The notes beneath the pieces are model-generated. The model saw nothing but the letters and a program-made list of their open reading frames with translations, searched no databases and was not told where the DNA came from. Both the position numbers and the translations under genes were made by a program. From assembly GCA_013239625.1 (NCBI GenBank), contig MU056963.1, positions 3,874,441 to 3,938,440 on the forward strand: a stretch of DNA of 64,000 bases, in the 5' to 3' direction. The DNA is from Lama guanicoe (lineage: Eukaryota). Below, piece after piece: positions 26,528 through 40,400 of the stretch; the first letter of the stretch is position 1, and every line of letters starts with the position of its first letter.

Positions 26528-26953
26528 TGATGAAAAAAAAAAAAGATACAGGCCTAGAATGGAGTCACTTATGCGAGGCCATGCCACCAACTAGGTCTTA
26601 ATACCTAATGTAATTGAAGCTTCAACCTCCCCCAACAATGTAGTCTTAACTGGTCAGTCAGAAATTTTCTGGTCAACACCAATGAGATAATCTGTCATAT
26701 GGGCCCTCTCCATCTAGAAAAGAGATGAGGTAACCTACTCAATAAGACCCTTTTGTCCCCAAAAGGAGGTGACTTAATCTGAAATAACCTTTTATTGTTT
26801 GTTTGTTTGTGGCTTCTGTCTTACTTTTAGAAACCTGCCCCTTTCTGAGACTTTGGAGCTCCCCTCTACTTGCTAGAAACCTGATTTATGTATCATTCAA
26901 TAAAGCCAATACGACTTTTAAAATTTACTTGGTTGAATTTTGTTTTTTTAATA
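26528..26953 (+). mobile_element. Class I ERV solo LTR (MER4-group-like; related to the LTR at 59079)
   Basis: A-run followed by acaggcctagaatggagtcacttatg; CCAAT; ggagctcccctctacttgctaga; AATAAA ~26899; end ttttgtttttttaata. Confidence 0.8.
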
Positions 26954-28927
26954 TTATGTATTGATTCCTAGTTCGGTTCTTTTTAGTTTCTTCCTTTGGT
27001 TCCCACATGGCTATTCCTCATTTTGGTTCCCATACTTCTCTGACTCAATGCAAACCATTTAGGGTTAGAAAGTACTCAAAAAATCCAAATGAGTTTGCAT
27101 TATTTCTAAAATCCACAAGATTCATTCACTTTTGCCTATTTCCTGCATGTGCCCACAAGAGTATCTCTTCTTTATTTCTGCCTGTTTTAGGAATACAGTA
27201 CACCAGGAAAACCCCAATCCTTCCTTCAAATGGTAGCTTCCAAAAGCATTTCTGAAAGTAGCATCTCATGTCCCTAGGCAAGGAGACTGCACTAAAATTA
27301 TAATCCTGACTTGTTCAAATAATTTGGAGTAAGAATTTCCCATAGGCAGACCCTCCACTGAAATAAAGACCAGGTTTGTCCCAAAATGGACTCCAATTCT
27401 ATCTACGTCAGAAAACAGAAATTAAAGAAGGATGAAAAGCTTTTAAAAATCCACAGCATTACATAATTCAAGTGACAGAGATATCTTATGTACCGCAAAT
27501 CCCAATTCGAGGAGTGGATTTCCACTCGGAATGGTTGTGTCCTCCAACAAAGGTGTTATTTTAATGAACACAGAAGGAAAATGTTTTTGCCTCTTTTTCA
27601 CTGAACCTGGAATATGTGCACAGGAGCATAAAAATTGGGGATTTACATTACAATTTACTTTATTCTCTTCTCTGATTTAATATTTACAGATTTTTGTAAG
27701 GAATCTGAACACTCTTCAGATATTTTAGGCTTAGAGAAGCGGTTCTCCCATTGCATCAAAACCTAACAAACTTTTAAGGTTAAGCCTTTTGGATCTTCAA
27801 TGGTAAGAGGAGGAGTTATACCACGACTCAACTCTCATCTGTATTTGAACAGCCCATTAGTATTTTAATTCTTTTAAGTCATACCTTTGCCAATTCTAAT
27901 CAAGTTATGTTGAACCTCTCTAGACACTACTGACCATGGCCTTCAAAGACAACAAACAAGGGTAGCTTTTCAAATAATACTTTCCAGTCTACGCTCTGAC
28001 TAAATTTACAAATTGTTTCAATACTTTTCCTTTCAGCACGGACAGAAAGTTCTCCCAGGCTTTCCTCCCTTACCACCCCGTTTCTTCTACTCTTCCCACA
28101 TCCTTACAGAAATATTTTAGCTGCCAGTAGTATCCCTATTAGTGAAGACTTTAATAAAATTAATTATAAATGGTAGCTTGAATAAAAGCTTTTTTTTTTT
28201 TAAGTTGCATTTTCTGTTTTAACCTGAATTTAAAGAAATCTGCTTCTGTAACAGCATTTCAGGTTTTTGGCAGCTCATCTTCTAGTTATATTTAAATTTA
28301 AAAGAGAGAAAAATCCATCTTTAATGAGGTAGCATGGAAGCACTTCTGTGTAATCAAAAAGAAATTCATTTGTAAATTAGGAACTTGCTTGACAGAAGGG
28401 AAAATTTTAACAAAGCAGGTTTGACCTGTAGAGAAATAGCCAATCCTTCAGCACTATTTTCTAAAAATGTACATACTGCTTTCACTGCTGAGGTCAAAAT
28501 TGCCCTGAGCACAGAACCTGAGAATGCGAATCTAACTCACAAATGGAAAGCTTAAGAAGTTTCACATTTTCTGGGGACTCAGGAAAGACCAGATTCTAAT
28601 CCCCACCCTGCTCCAAAATCTGATATTGGGCAAGTCTCTTCACTGGGCTGGCTCAGTTTCCTCACCAAAAAAAAAAGAAAGAAAGAAAGAAAGGGGGGGG
28701 GGAGTGACATTCTGCCCTCTACGACTGCTTCCAGTTCTGTCATTCTAACATTCATAAATTGTGGCGGATCCTCGTCTTCTTCAGTTCTGCTAATAAATCC
28801 ACCCAGAAAAGATAGGTGCAGTTTTGCCAAAAATCTGTCTGTAAAAGTATTCAGAGTTCTAGGAGTAAATTTCAAAGAAGGAAAGCCATATTTAATGTTT
28901 TTTTTCCAACTGGACACTTCATTTATT

Positions 28928-29070
28928 TTTATTTATTTGGGGAGGGGGGGTAGGGAGGCGGGAGGGAGGTAATCAGGTTTATGTATTTATTTAATGGCAG
29001 TACTGGGGATTAAACCCAGGACCTCATGCATGCTAGGCACACATTTTACCACTGAGCTGTACCCTTCCCC
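28928..29070 (-). mobile_element. Vic-1-type tRNA-derived SINE (camelid) with ~18-bp TSD
   Basis: Minus strand reads gggtacagctcagtggtaaa...gcatgaggtcctgggtttaatccccagtac (A and B boxes); TSD ctggacacttcatttatt (28910-28927) / caggccgcttcatttatt (29071-29088). Confidence 0.88.
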
Positions 29071-29291
29071 CAGGCCGCTTCATTTATTCAACAAGCATTC
29101 CTCCAGGTAATCTATTAAGGATACAAAGTTGAATAAAGTACACTTCCTGCTCTTCACAGTTTCACTGTCTAATGTAAAGGAAATCATTGCAGCAGTGTAA
29201 GAAGAGCTATAACCAAGGGATGAACGTGGAACAAAAATGAAAGCTTTTTTTTCTTCCCATATACATCATTAGAAGTCTTTCTAGGAAAGGT

Positions 29292-29560
29292 GACAGTATT
29301 ATACAGTGATTAAAAGTGTGGACTCTGGAGCCATACAGCCTGGGTTCAAATCATCACTCCACCACTTATGAGTTCGGTGACCTTTAACTATGTCATTTAA
29401 CCTCTTTATGTCTCGGTTTCCTCTTCTTTAAAATGGGGGCAATAATAGTACTTATCTCAGAGCGGTTGTGAGGATCAAATGAGTTAGAGTATGTATGAGT
29501 GCTTAGAACAGCACCTTATTCATACTAAGTGCACATAAATATAAGGTGTTATTATCATTA
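29292..29560 (+). mobile_element. Near full-length MIR, nested in a minus-strand L2 (~29080-29830)
   Basis: gactctggagcca...ctgggttcaaatc...gtgacctt...tctcggtttcctc...aaaatggg...ttgtgaggatcaaatgag...gcttagaacag. Confidence 0.9.
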
Positions 29561-31118
29561 TTTTGAAAAATGATTAGATGTTAGCTAGGAAGAAAAACAT
29601 GTGGGGCATCGCGGACAGAAGGAGCAATGTTTATGAAGTAGATTTTTATATAAAGCAAAAAAATGGTGTGTTTAAGATATTTTAAAGAGTTCAACAGGGC
29701 TGAAATATTGGGTATACCCTGAGGAGTGGGGAAAGACTGCACCAGAGGGATGGAAAGACCATTTCATAAAGGTTTCATGCAGCATTTTTAAATAATTAAA
29801 AGATTTGAAGTGGTAGAAAGTATTTATCTGGGTTCCTGTGAAAGGTCTTATAGGTACAAGAAATGTAGGTGTTAGATGTGGAAATTATGCCCAAAAATAC
29901 AGGTTTTAAGTGTAGAAATTTTTCAAATCTATGTTTTAAACTTGCAGATAGCTAATAATTTCAATAGCTTATATTAATAAGCACATAACTAGATCGATAT
30001 CTTCAATTTTCTCAAACAGTGAAACCCACATGGTTAACTCTGAATCTTAGAATTTTTTGTATTAGTCCAAAGCTTCTGTTTTAAATCTCAGAAAGTTGTG
30101 GATAATAGACATATTCTGTGTTTGTTTACACCAATATTTCATTCACACACTGACTGTATTTCCCATTCATTTCTCCAAGTTTCTTTCTACGGGATTTTAA
30201 GTGTCAGCTACGGAAATATATAGCTTGATATATCAGGAAGGCTGTCAAAAAATGGCCAGAGGGAGAATTTAAACTTAACACAGACCTTAAATAATGATCC
30301 AGATATAGACCCTTTAATGAACTGTGAATTTGTGAGTAGAATTGTGAGATTCATTATCTATGTGCTAGTTACCATCTTATCAGTACTTCAGATTTAGGAC
30401 GAGTACATCACATTCAGTTTTATCACATTTTTATGTATTCAAGAAATAAAAAGCATGATCCACCTGTCTAACACTCATGAAATATTCCAGGGAATTTTTT
30501 GGGTGCATCTAAAAAATTCTTCAAGCCAAAACCAAAAATATACTTTGCCTGAAAGGTGGTTAAACACAAAACCAGGACTCCTGAGGGAAAAGAACAGAAG
30601 GTCAAACCTCTGCCCAGGTGCTGTGATATCTGAAAACCAAGAAGGAAAATGAAGTGGATGAATTTCCTTGCGTATTAGAGATAACGCTACCTAGATGAGA
30701 AAATACCGAGAACTGCTTTGGCAGGATGCAAAGAAGTACATTTTCCCTAAAAAAACTTGAAAACAGACATAGATGTCTGCATAAATGTATAAATTCCTAG
30801 TGATAAATCAAGTCACTTGGACAATCTAAGTGAGCCTGATCACCTTCACCATGTCCTCTGCCACAGAGCAGGGTCTTATTTCCAAGTGGGCTCCAGGAAA
30901 TACACAGTTGACAAAAGCTCCACAGTGACCCATAATATCTGTTCTGCATGTTTTCTGCACATACACAAAAGAAGCTTGGTGTTTACCATTCTAAATGTCC
31001 AAAACTGTATGTCCACACAATCTTTGCCCTGGGCTAGCCAGGGTTCTCAGAATTTTGGAGCATACAGGGGACTATCTGGAAAAGAATAAGGAACAGAAAT
31101 ATATTGTTTTCCCTAGGC

Positions 31119-32434
31119 TAGCTGTTCTCATTTATATTGGTCTCAGGACCACTTTACATTATTAACAGTTATTAACAACCAAAAAGAGCTTGGTTTTGTA
31201 GGTTACATATATTGATATTTATTATATTTGGAATTTTAAATCTATTTAATAATTTATTTGGAAATAGCTATAATAACTCATGACAGGTTATAACAAATAC
31301 TTTTGTAAAAAGTAGCTTTATATTTGAAACACAAAAGTAGTGAGAAGGCTTTGTCTCACATTTTTGCAAATATCTTTTAATAATAGGCTTATAGGAGACT
31401 ACTGGATTCTCAACCTATTGCACAATGCTCTTTTGGTTAAAAGATATGGTGAAAACCTTATACAGATATTTAGTTGAAAGGGGGAGGGGTATTTTAATAG
31501 CCTTTCCACATGATTTTGGATATTACATTTTTATATATACTCAACTTTATTTCTTAAAGTTTAGCTGCAGTGTGAAATTTGGAGCTGTATCAATTAATTT
31601 TTCATACTGTTATGTTAAAATCACTGATCTAGCTTGTGCTTTGACTGAGTTTTTTATGCATGCACGATTATGAATATCATGCTTTGGTCATTTGGAAAAT
31701 ATTGGCACATGAGTTATTTGGTCTTCCAACTGTTGGTACCTTTTATCATACAGTATCAAAAAATTAAATTCATCAATATATCACTGAGCTCATCAAAAAT
31801 CTTCAATTACTGGGAAAGCTCACAGTGACAAACACAAGTTTTCCAAAATTCTCATTCTCACTTGAAGTCTTAAATTTCATCACTGGTAATAAATTTTGGG
31901 TGTTGTGTATTAAAGAAACAGCCTCACTTCATTCATTTTTGTGAAAATAACTGTCCACCAAATGCACAAGTCTGAATAACCATAGTTTGTAATTCTTTCA
32001 AGTAAAAATGGTGTTCCATAAATAAGTGGCTACTTCAGCTGGCAACTCAACCACACAAATGTTTTTCCTAAACTATCATAGTTCGGTGTGCTTTATGCAT
32101 ACACTCCATTTTTTAACACAAAATATTAAAAAATATGTATTCAGGGATCAAAATTCAATAAAACTAGTATTTTTTACTGCTTCATTGAGGACTGTCGCTT
32201 CTCCTTGTAATAGTGCCTTATGGTGGCGGAGAACACAGTTTAAAGCCTCTGCCTTGATGTGTAATAAGGCAGCAACAGTTCTGTCATTCCTTTTACACCA
32301 TGAATGGAAATATCAGCACAGTGAAAATGACAAATATCTCAGGATTATTACAAAAGTAGTCTTAACCTCACAAACCTTTTGAAAGGGTCTCTGGGACCCC
32401 AATGGGTTTGTGAGCTACAACTTAAGAACAGCAG
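31119..32434. mobile_element. Charlie1a-like hAT DNA transposon, ~1.3 kb, with 8-bp TSD
   Basis: Charlie1-type end gttctca...ggtctcaggaccactttaca; other end gaaagggtctctgggacccc...aagaacagcag; TSD ccctaggc (31111-31118) / ccctagcc (32435-32442). Confidence 0.88.
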
Positions 32435-32679
32435 CCCTAGCCCTTCTGTTCTTCGAATAATTTCTGCGACCTCAAATCTCCCTAATTTTCCCCAGTATCT
32501 CTGCTGTCTATTTCCACAGCTCATCAAGGTTGAAAGTGACAGCCAATCCTAGCCTTCTCTGCTGCCTGAAATCCAGCTAAGAGCTGATTTCACCGCACCC
32601 TAACTGCCAGCAAGTGGATCATCACACTGATCAATAAATTTGTGGTCAGGACTATTCTGATCTTTAAAACTTACTTTTA

Positions 32680-33590
32680 CAGAAACTACAGAACTAAACC
32701 ATACCAAGAAAGTGATTAAAGTTTCCACTTCTGGGTATACATCCAAAAGAACTGAAAGCAGAATCTCAACAAATTATTTGCATACTCATGTCCACCATAG
32801 CCAGGAGGTGGAAGCAATCCAAATGTCCATCCATAGAAGAAAGGATAAACAAAAATGTATATGTATATGTGTAAATGTGTATGTANNNNNNNNNNNNNNN
32901 NNNNNNNNNNNNNNNNNNNNNNNNNNNNNNNNNNNNNNNNNNNNNNNNNNNNNNNNNNNNNNNNNNNNNNNNNNNNNNNNNNNNNNNNNNNNNNNNNNNN
33001 NNNNNNNNNNNNNNNNNNNNNNNNNNNNNNNNNNNTAATTCCGAGAAACAGAAAGTAGAATGGTGATTACCAAGGACTAAGGAAGAGCGGGAAAGGGAAC
33101 CTGGTGGGCATGATGTTTCAGATTTTCATAATGAACGTTCTGGAGATCTGTTTCACAGCAATGTGAAACTGTACACATAAAAATGGCAGAGATGGTAAAT
33201 TTTTTCTGGTTTTTTTTACCACAATTTAAAAAGTCAATTACATTTCTATACACCAGCCATACACTAAATAATGTCCAATATATGTTTCCATTTATATAAA
33301 GTACTAAAAGAGGCAAAACTGATCTAAAGTCTCTAAGAATGCAAACTTACTAAAACAAAGTATGAAGTAATTATCAATAAGGTCAGAATCAAGGTTACCT
33401 TTAGTGTGGAGAGAGGCGTTGTGATCAGGCAAGGACAGAGGGTCGCTTCTGGCTGGCAGTGCTCTTCCCCAGCCTTAGTTCTGGAGACAGGGGTATTTAC
33501 ATTGTATCAGTCTGTTAATGGTAAATCTACATGTTATGCATTTTTCTGTCTGTGGGTTATTTTTTGCCACAACAAAAAATTTTGAGAAAG
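32680..33590 (+). mobile_element. L1 3' end fragments (L1MA/MB-like, then L1ME-like) spanning the gap
   Basis: ttccacttctgggtatacatccaaaagaactgaaagc; acagaaagtagaatggtgattacca; ttccatttatataaagt...aggcaaaact. Confidence 0.8.
32886..33035. other. Assembly gap (150 N)
   Basis: Run of N next to a TA/TG-rich simple repeat. Confidence 1.
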
Positions 33591-33819
33591 AAAGAACAAA
33601 AGAAAACTGAGGAACTGAGATCTTATACGTGTTCTGTATTCATGTAACTTCCAAGTGGCAAAGCTGGAGAACTCAGGTCTCTGGACCATAGGTCCCATTT
33701 TTGTAGCTACTTGTAGAAATAAACCTTGAGTCAGGGGAATTAAGGTCTGAAAGTATTAGACTAGAGAAGATCACAAGGATACATAAATAATGGTAATTCA
33801 AAATACAATTCACAGAAGC

Positions 33820-34300
33820 CAAACAATAGCTCAGTTCAACAAGCATTGGCTGAACACATAAAATGTGTCAAACCCTACACTGCATACTGAAAATAGAGAA
33901 ATAAATAAGGCATGTTCCCAGCACTTGAGAGTTTTGTAACACAGTGAGACAGACACAGCAACCTATCATTATAATTATAACACAGTGTGGACTCGCACAG
34001 CCTGGGAGGTCCTGGGGTGTGTGGGGGTGGGAGGTGGGGATAGGATTGTGGGAGCTTCACGGACTCCTGTTCTGTGATTCACAGTTAGAATGAATGAGCT
34101 GGAAATAGGGAAGAGTGGAAAGGGTCTTTCAGGCAAAGAAGATAACGTCAGCAGAGCTGGAGTAAAGGAAACCCTCGGTATTCTGCACACTGCAGAGTCA
34201 CCAAGCGTGAGGTAGGATGCAGTCAAGATGAGGCCGGAGGTAAGAGGAGGCCACACTGGGTCTCATGAGACAAACTAAGGAGGCACTGGACGTTTGAGAA
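33820..34300 (-). mobile_element. L2 remnant
   Basis: ttcaacaagcatt...; gaatgaatgag...tttcaggcaaagaagataac...; L2-type reverse 3' region. Confidence 0.6.
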
Positions 34301-34699
34301 GATCTGTTTCTCCCTGCCACCTAATGGTTATCAACTAATACAGAACAGATAACTTCATGCCAGCAACTGGCTGTGAGGCCCTGGGTATGTCATTTCCCTG
34401 TCAGGGCCTCAGATTCTTCATTTGTTTAAGGAGGAGCTTGAACTAGATGGCCTCCAAAATCAATCACGCCTTGATCTGATTCTACACATCTGTAAGCTTC
34501 ATAAAGAAGTAGTGTCAGATCTAGGAACCGGTATCATTAAACACTTAGAAGAAAAAAAAACTGATAAAGAGATCTATATACCTCACAGAAAAACTGAAAG
34601 ACTCAAACAAGGAATAAGAAATGAAAATGTATATAAACTGCCTTATCAGTGACAAAGATGACTAAATGCAAATCCAAACTACATAATGTACAAAATGCT

Positions 34700-34905
34700 T
34701 CAGACATACTGACAGTATTTCTTGAACTCTTACCCTACGCCAGATTCTTTACCTAAATTATCTCACTTAATCCTCAACCACATCTTCTTGTCTTCATCTT
34801 AAATATGAGGAATCAGAGTTTCGGGATATTAAAAAAAAAAAACTTACCCAAATTCCAAGGCAAGAAGGTAGCAGAGCTGATGTTATGCAGGTCTGTCTGC
34901 CCTAA
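34700..34905 (-). mobile_element. MIR SINE
   Basis: attatctcacttaatcctca...atatgaggaatcagag...cttacccaa...gcagagctg...aggtctgtctg. Confidence 0.7.
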
Positions 34906-35247
34906 AGGTAATCGTCTCCTTGGGTTTTCCAACACACTAGGATTTCCATATAAGTAAATGGAAAGAACATGCTGTTTCTTGAGAATTCATATATTCAGTT
35001 TACTTAAGATTCAGTATTTCCATATTTCCATTCTCAATTTTATATGATATTTATGCTTCACTTTGTATGCTAAAAAATGTGAAAACATAACAATGATAGC
35101 TTTTAGCAACTGAATTATTTTTATCCAGAAATTATCTGTTCAGAATAAATGAAATCATATTTACAACTGCCCAAGCTGTACTGAAAATGCGTTTAAGTAG
35201 TCACTCTAATTACATTCATGTGTTGAAATAAGCATTGAAGCACTAAC

Positions 35248-35248
<1 letters not shown>

Positions 35249-35294
<46 letters not shown>

Positions 35295-35314
35295 AGAGAG
35301 AAAGAAAAAAAAAA
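35249..35314 (+). repeat. poly(A) (~43 nt) followed by (GA)n and an A-rich tract
   Basis: Seen directly. Confidence 0.95.
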
Positions 35315-35716
35315 GGATTATACTAAGATTAAATTAAGAGGCTCCTTAAAGTAACAATCCACAAGACAGTCATAGACACTAAGAAATCCTGGTTTCTCAG
35401 GGATTATTTCCAAGGAAGGAAAATAAAGATCCTGAGGCCTTGGTTGTTGCTTTCGAACAGAAAAGCCGATAATCAAACGAAATAAGGCAATTCCAGTAAT
35501 TATTCACAGGAGAGGTGGTTGCTTGCTTCAGCCATTAGCTATTCCCTGCCTTTAGATTAAAAAAATTTTTCCCCCTAAATCTAACATTTAATTCTATGCT
35601 GGGCCTTTTAATTTCCTAATCAACTAACAGTATATGATGAGCAGGAAAAAGACTGAACACTGCAGCAAGAACAATGAGACAGGAATTGCATGGTGCAGTT
35701 CAGCCCTTAATCTAAC

Positions 35717-35880
35717 AGTGGTTCTCAAACTTGGCTGGGCATCAGAATCCCCTGCAGGGCTTGTTAAAGCATAGCTTACTGGACCTCACGCCCAAAGCTT
35801 CTGATTCTGGAGGTCAGGAGAGGAGCCCAGGAACATGCATTTCTGTTACCTTCCCTGGTGATGCACTCTAAGAGCCACAT
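35717..35880. mobile_element. MER5A
   Basis: cagtggttctcaaacttggctg...catcagaatc...cttgttaaa...ttctgattc...tgcatttct...ccctggtgatgc. Confidence 0.85.
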
Positions 35881-36199
35881 CTATGCTTGGTTTTGGAAGT
35901 GAAGTTCCATGTGCAACTTATAATCAATAAGTAAGTTCATTGTTTATAGAGAACTATCCTTTAGGTGTGTAGTGGACAGTTAATAAACAGACCTCTTTAG
36001 TTTTTTGATAAATATAAAATTCATCAAATCTTAGTGACTGGTAAGATTAACTGATAGTGTTAAGCTTAGCCAGAATTCTAAGTTTCCATTTTTGCTATAA
36101 ATACATAATAAAAAATTATAGCATCTATTAAGAAGTCATAACATGGCAAAATAGTGCTAGTTACCTTTATATACAGTATTGAAGCTTCATTAAAAATCT

Positions 36200-36350
36200 A
36201 ACATACAAATGCCATTATTGTTATTCCAAGTTTATGATAATAAATGTGCTTAGAGAGACGAAATCACTGCCCAAGTTCACACTGTCAGTAACTGATGGAA
36301 GCAAGCTTCAACCTGGAAAGTCTGACTCCAGAGGTGAAGGTTTATTGTTG
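36200..36350 (-). mobile_element. MIR fragment
   Basis: cttagagagacgaaatcactgcccaagttcacac...agtctgactccaga. Confidence 0.7.
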
Positions 36351-37189
36351 CCTCACATTCTGTGGCTGCCTGAGTAAATGGCACAGTGACTATCAGCAAT
36401 GAAAATTATCAACTCAAACTCTAACGCCAAATGTGAAAGTCTAAACTCTAAAAACAAAATGTGAACTAATGTATGAGCTAAACAATGGCACAGAATGGCA
36501 CAGGATACCAGAGCCTCTGTACCACAGGAATATGCCATGTTTAGGACACTAACCATAAAAACTGATGGAGCTGAATTAGCTTTCTTAGTGCTTTCTTGGC
36601 AAGATTTTTTTCCATTTTCACTGAAATTTAAAATTCTATGTTAGATGAAATTCAACTATAGGAGCAAGATAGTGCCTGCACAGTGGGAGTAAGGAAATGC
36701 TCAAAAGGCATAGAAAGCTCAGTCATGTTCAAGATACATTGAAGCCTGCAGCATTTCAAGGGAAAAGCTAGGGTCCCAGCAGGTGGATGTAGTGCACAGA
36801 AATGGCACCATGGCTAGATAATCAGGAGTCACAGCAACAGATGGGTATCATCAGGGAGATGCATCCACATATATTAGTCTATATTGTAGGTACAGAAAAA
36901 CAGGTTAGCAAGACTAAAAACAAAAGAACAACAGGAAAAAAAAACCCACCACAACAACAGAAATCTTACTGTAGGAACTAAAACACATAGAGATCAACTA
37001 TGACTCAGGAGCTAGTGATGTAAGTATCACTGATCATAACTGGAGGGACCGAATTCTAGGGAAAGTGACAATAAAGTAACACTCATAGCTATCTACCTGG
37101 GAATTTTTAGCCAGCATTACAGATCCTAACTTGGATGGTAACTTGGGTGGGGGAAAACAAGAAAATATTAAAGTTGAATCTTGCCAGAT

Positions 37190-37426
37190 TGGAAAGACAA
37201 AACAAGCCAAGAAATGCAGGTAGCTTCTAAAAACTAGAAAAATCAAGGAAACAGATTCTTGTCAAGAGGCTTGAGAAAAAAAATGCAGCCTTACTTATAC
37301 CTCAGATTTTAATCCAGTGAAATTTATTTCAAATTTCTGACCTCTAGAACTATAAGACAGTAAATCTGTGTTGTTTATTCCAGTAAATTTGTGGTGACTT
37401 ATTATAACAACTGGAAATTAAAACAA
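37190..37426 (+). mobile_element. MLT1C/D LTR 3' half
   Basis: aagccaagaaatgcagg...caaggaaacagattct...ttctgacctctagaactataagacagtaaatctgtgttgttt...aaattaaaaca. Confidence 0.8.
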
Positions 37427-37429
37427 CTA

Positions 37430-40400
37430 GGAATAAATAAAGAACATGGTAAGCAAAAACATAGGTAAATACAACAGATCTTCCTTCTCTTCTAAAATTC
37501 TACATTATGTTTGACGGTTGAAACAAAAATTATAACTATATGATGTGGTCCTAAATGTATATAAAAGAACAATTTAAGGTAATTTAATTACTAATAATTA
37601 TATAATAATTATTTAATCTATAATACAGTTATTTTTATATATCATAAACAAGGGAGGATAAAAATGTAAAAAGAAGTAAGATTTCTATAGGGCACTTAAA
37701 CTTGTAAAATGACAAGTAGAATGTGATAAGTTTTGCATATATAATGTTGTATCTAGAACAACCAGTAAAAGATATATAAAGAGATACACTCAAAAACACT
37801 GTCAGATGAATCAAAATGGAATTCTATGTTCCAGTAAATATGTGAAGGCATCAAAAATAAAAGAGAAAAATCAGAAAAAAAGAACAAACAAAACAAAAAG
37901 TAAAGCAGCAGACTTAAACCCTAACATATCAATAATTTATATTAGATATAAATGGCTTAAATATACCAATTTAAAGATATAATTTGATAGGGTGGATTAA
38001 GAAATATGGCTCAGCTATATGCTGTCAATCTCTAAATTGTTAATTTCTGCAGAAATTCTCTTCAAATATAGCATTATAGGCAAGTTGAAAGTAAAAGAAT
38101 GGAAAAAACGTGTATTATAAAAACACTAATCAAAAGGAAGCACAAGTGGCTATATAAATATCAAATAAAGTAGACTTCAGAGCAAAGAAAATTACCAAAG
38201 ATAGAGACATTACTTAATGACAAAAGTGTCAATCCACTAAGGAAACATACCAATCCTAAATGTGTATGCATCAAACAAGAGAGCTAAAAAAAACACATGA
38301 AGCAAAAACTAACAAAACTAACAGGAGAAATAGACAAAGCCACAATTATAGTTAGATAGTTCAACACTCCTCTAAATAACTGAAAGGACAACTAGACATA
38401 AAAGTAGCAAGGATACAGAAGACCTCAACAATGCCATCAACCAACAGAGTCAAATCAGTATTTATAGAACACTCCACCCAACTAAAGCAGAACACACATT
38501 ATCTTCCAGTGACCATGGCCCAAAATAGACCATTTACTCAGTCATAAAACAACCTTCAACTAAGTTAAGAGAACTAAAATCATACAAACTGTGCTCTCTA
38601 ACCACAACGAAACCAAATTAGAAATCAGGAGAAGGATGACAGGAAAATCTTGAAACACTAGAAACTAATGAACACATTTAAAAACAATCCATGAGTAAAT
38701 TTTATTAGAAAATAGAATGTAACAAAATATAAAAAGAATCAAACACCAAGACCAAGTGGGAGTTACAGGGAAATGTAAGGCTGATTCAATATTTGAAAAC
38801 TAATCAATGTAATCTACCATATAAACAGGCTACAGAAGAAAACCCATAATGATCACATAATTCAATGGAGAAAAAGTATTTGAGATATAATTCAATTATA
38901 TCTAAGCTGAATAAAAAAAAAGAAGACTAAAAGCATTTTATAAAATTCAACACTCATTATTAATAATCATAATATAAATTCTCAGAAAATTAGGAATAGA
39001 GGATAACATTCTCAACTTGATAAAGAATATCTACAAAAAGTCTACAATAAGCATTATACTTAATGGTGAAAGACCGAAATGCTTTGTTCCTAAGATTGGG
39101 AACAATGTAAGGATGCCCATTCTCATGGCTCCTCCTCACTATAGTGAAGTTCTAGTCATTAGGCATACAGAGCAGAAAGGAAGAAGTAAAACTGCCCCTA
39201 CTTGCAGATGATTTGATTGTATATATAGAAAATTCCAAGAAATTTACAGACAAAAGGAAAAGCAAAACCTCCTAGAACAAATAAATGAGTTCAGTAAGAT
39301 CACAGGATACAAGATAAATATACAGAAATCAACATCATGTCAATATACTAGGAACGACCATGTGGACAATGGAATTTAAAATACCACTTACAATCACCAA
39401 AAATAATAAGCTAAGTGCAAGTCTAAATACAAACAGACTTGTATGCTGAAAACTACAGAACACTAATGAAAGAGCTCAAAGAGTAGCTAAACAGAAAGAC
39501 ATCATGTGTTCCTGGATTCAAAAACTCAAAAGTAGTAAAGATGTCAATTTTCCCCCAAATTAATGTACAGATTTAAGGCAATTCCTATCAAAATCTCAGC
39601 AAGATTTTTGTAGATATAGACAAGGTTACTGTAAAATGTATATGAAAAGGTAAAGGGACTAGAATCATTAAAGCAATTTTGAAAAAAGAGAATAAAGTGG
39701 AAGAAATCTGTCCAACTGATTTTAAGACTTATCATAGAGCTACATTAATCCAGACTGTGTGATGTTGCCAAAGGGACAGACATACATCAATGATACAAAA
39801 CAGAAAACCCAGAAATAGACCCACACAAAAATACCCAACTGATTATTGACAAAGGTGCAAAAAGAATTCAATGATTCAATGGAGAAAAGGTAGTCTTTTC
39901 AACAAAAAGTGCATCCGAAGGCAAAAAAAAAAAATCTTGACTGGTCTTATCCCTTATACAAACATTCACTCCAAATGGATCACAGACTTAAGTATAAAAA
40001 ATACAGCTATACAACATTTAGACAGAAACAGGAGAAAAAGTTAGGCAGATTTCTACAACTTAACACCAAAAGCACAATCCATAAAAGAAAAAATTGGCAA
40101 GTTTGACTAAATATTAACTCTGTGAAAGACCCTGGGAAAGAGAATGAAAAGACAAGGTATAACCTAGGAGAAAATATGTGCAAACCACATATTAAAAAGG
40201 AAAAAAAAAAGATGACTACTGTATAAAATATATAAAGAACTTTCAAATCTCAAAAGGAACAAAAATCCAAAGACACCTCACTAAAAAAAGATGTACAGAT
40301 GGCAAATAAGCATATGAGAACATACTCTGCATTATATGTCATCAAGGATATAGGATTCATTCATTCATTCCAGAGAAATAGACTTCGGTTCACACAAAAA

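Noticed and set aside
27510-27530. Inverted repeat gagtgga-tt-tccactc
   Set aside because: A 7-bp stem is expected by chance in 64 kb.
32712-33073. ORFs containing X runs
   Set aside because: They span the N gap within an L1.
35249-35314. poly(A) as the tail of a processed pseudogene
   Set aside because: No canonical polyA signal at the right distance, no TSD and no recognisable upstream mRNA.
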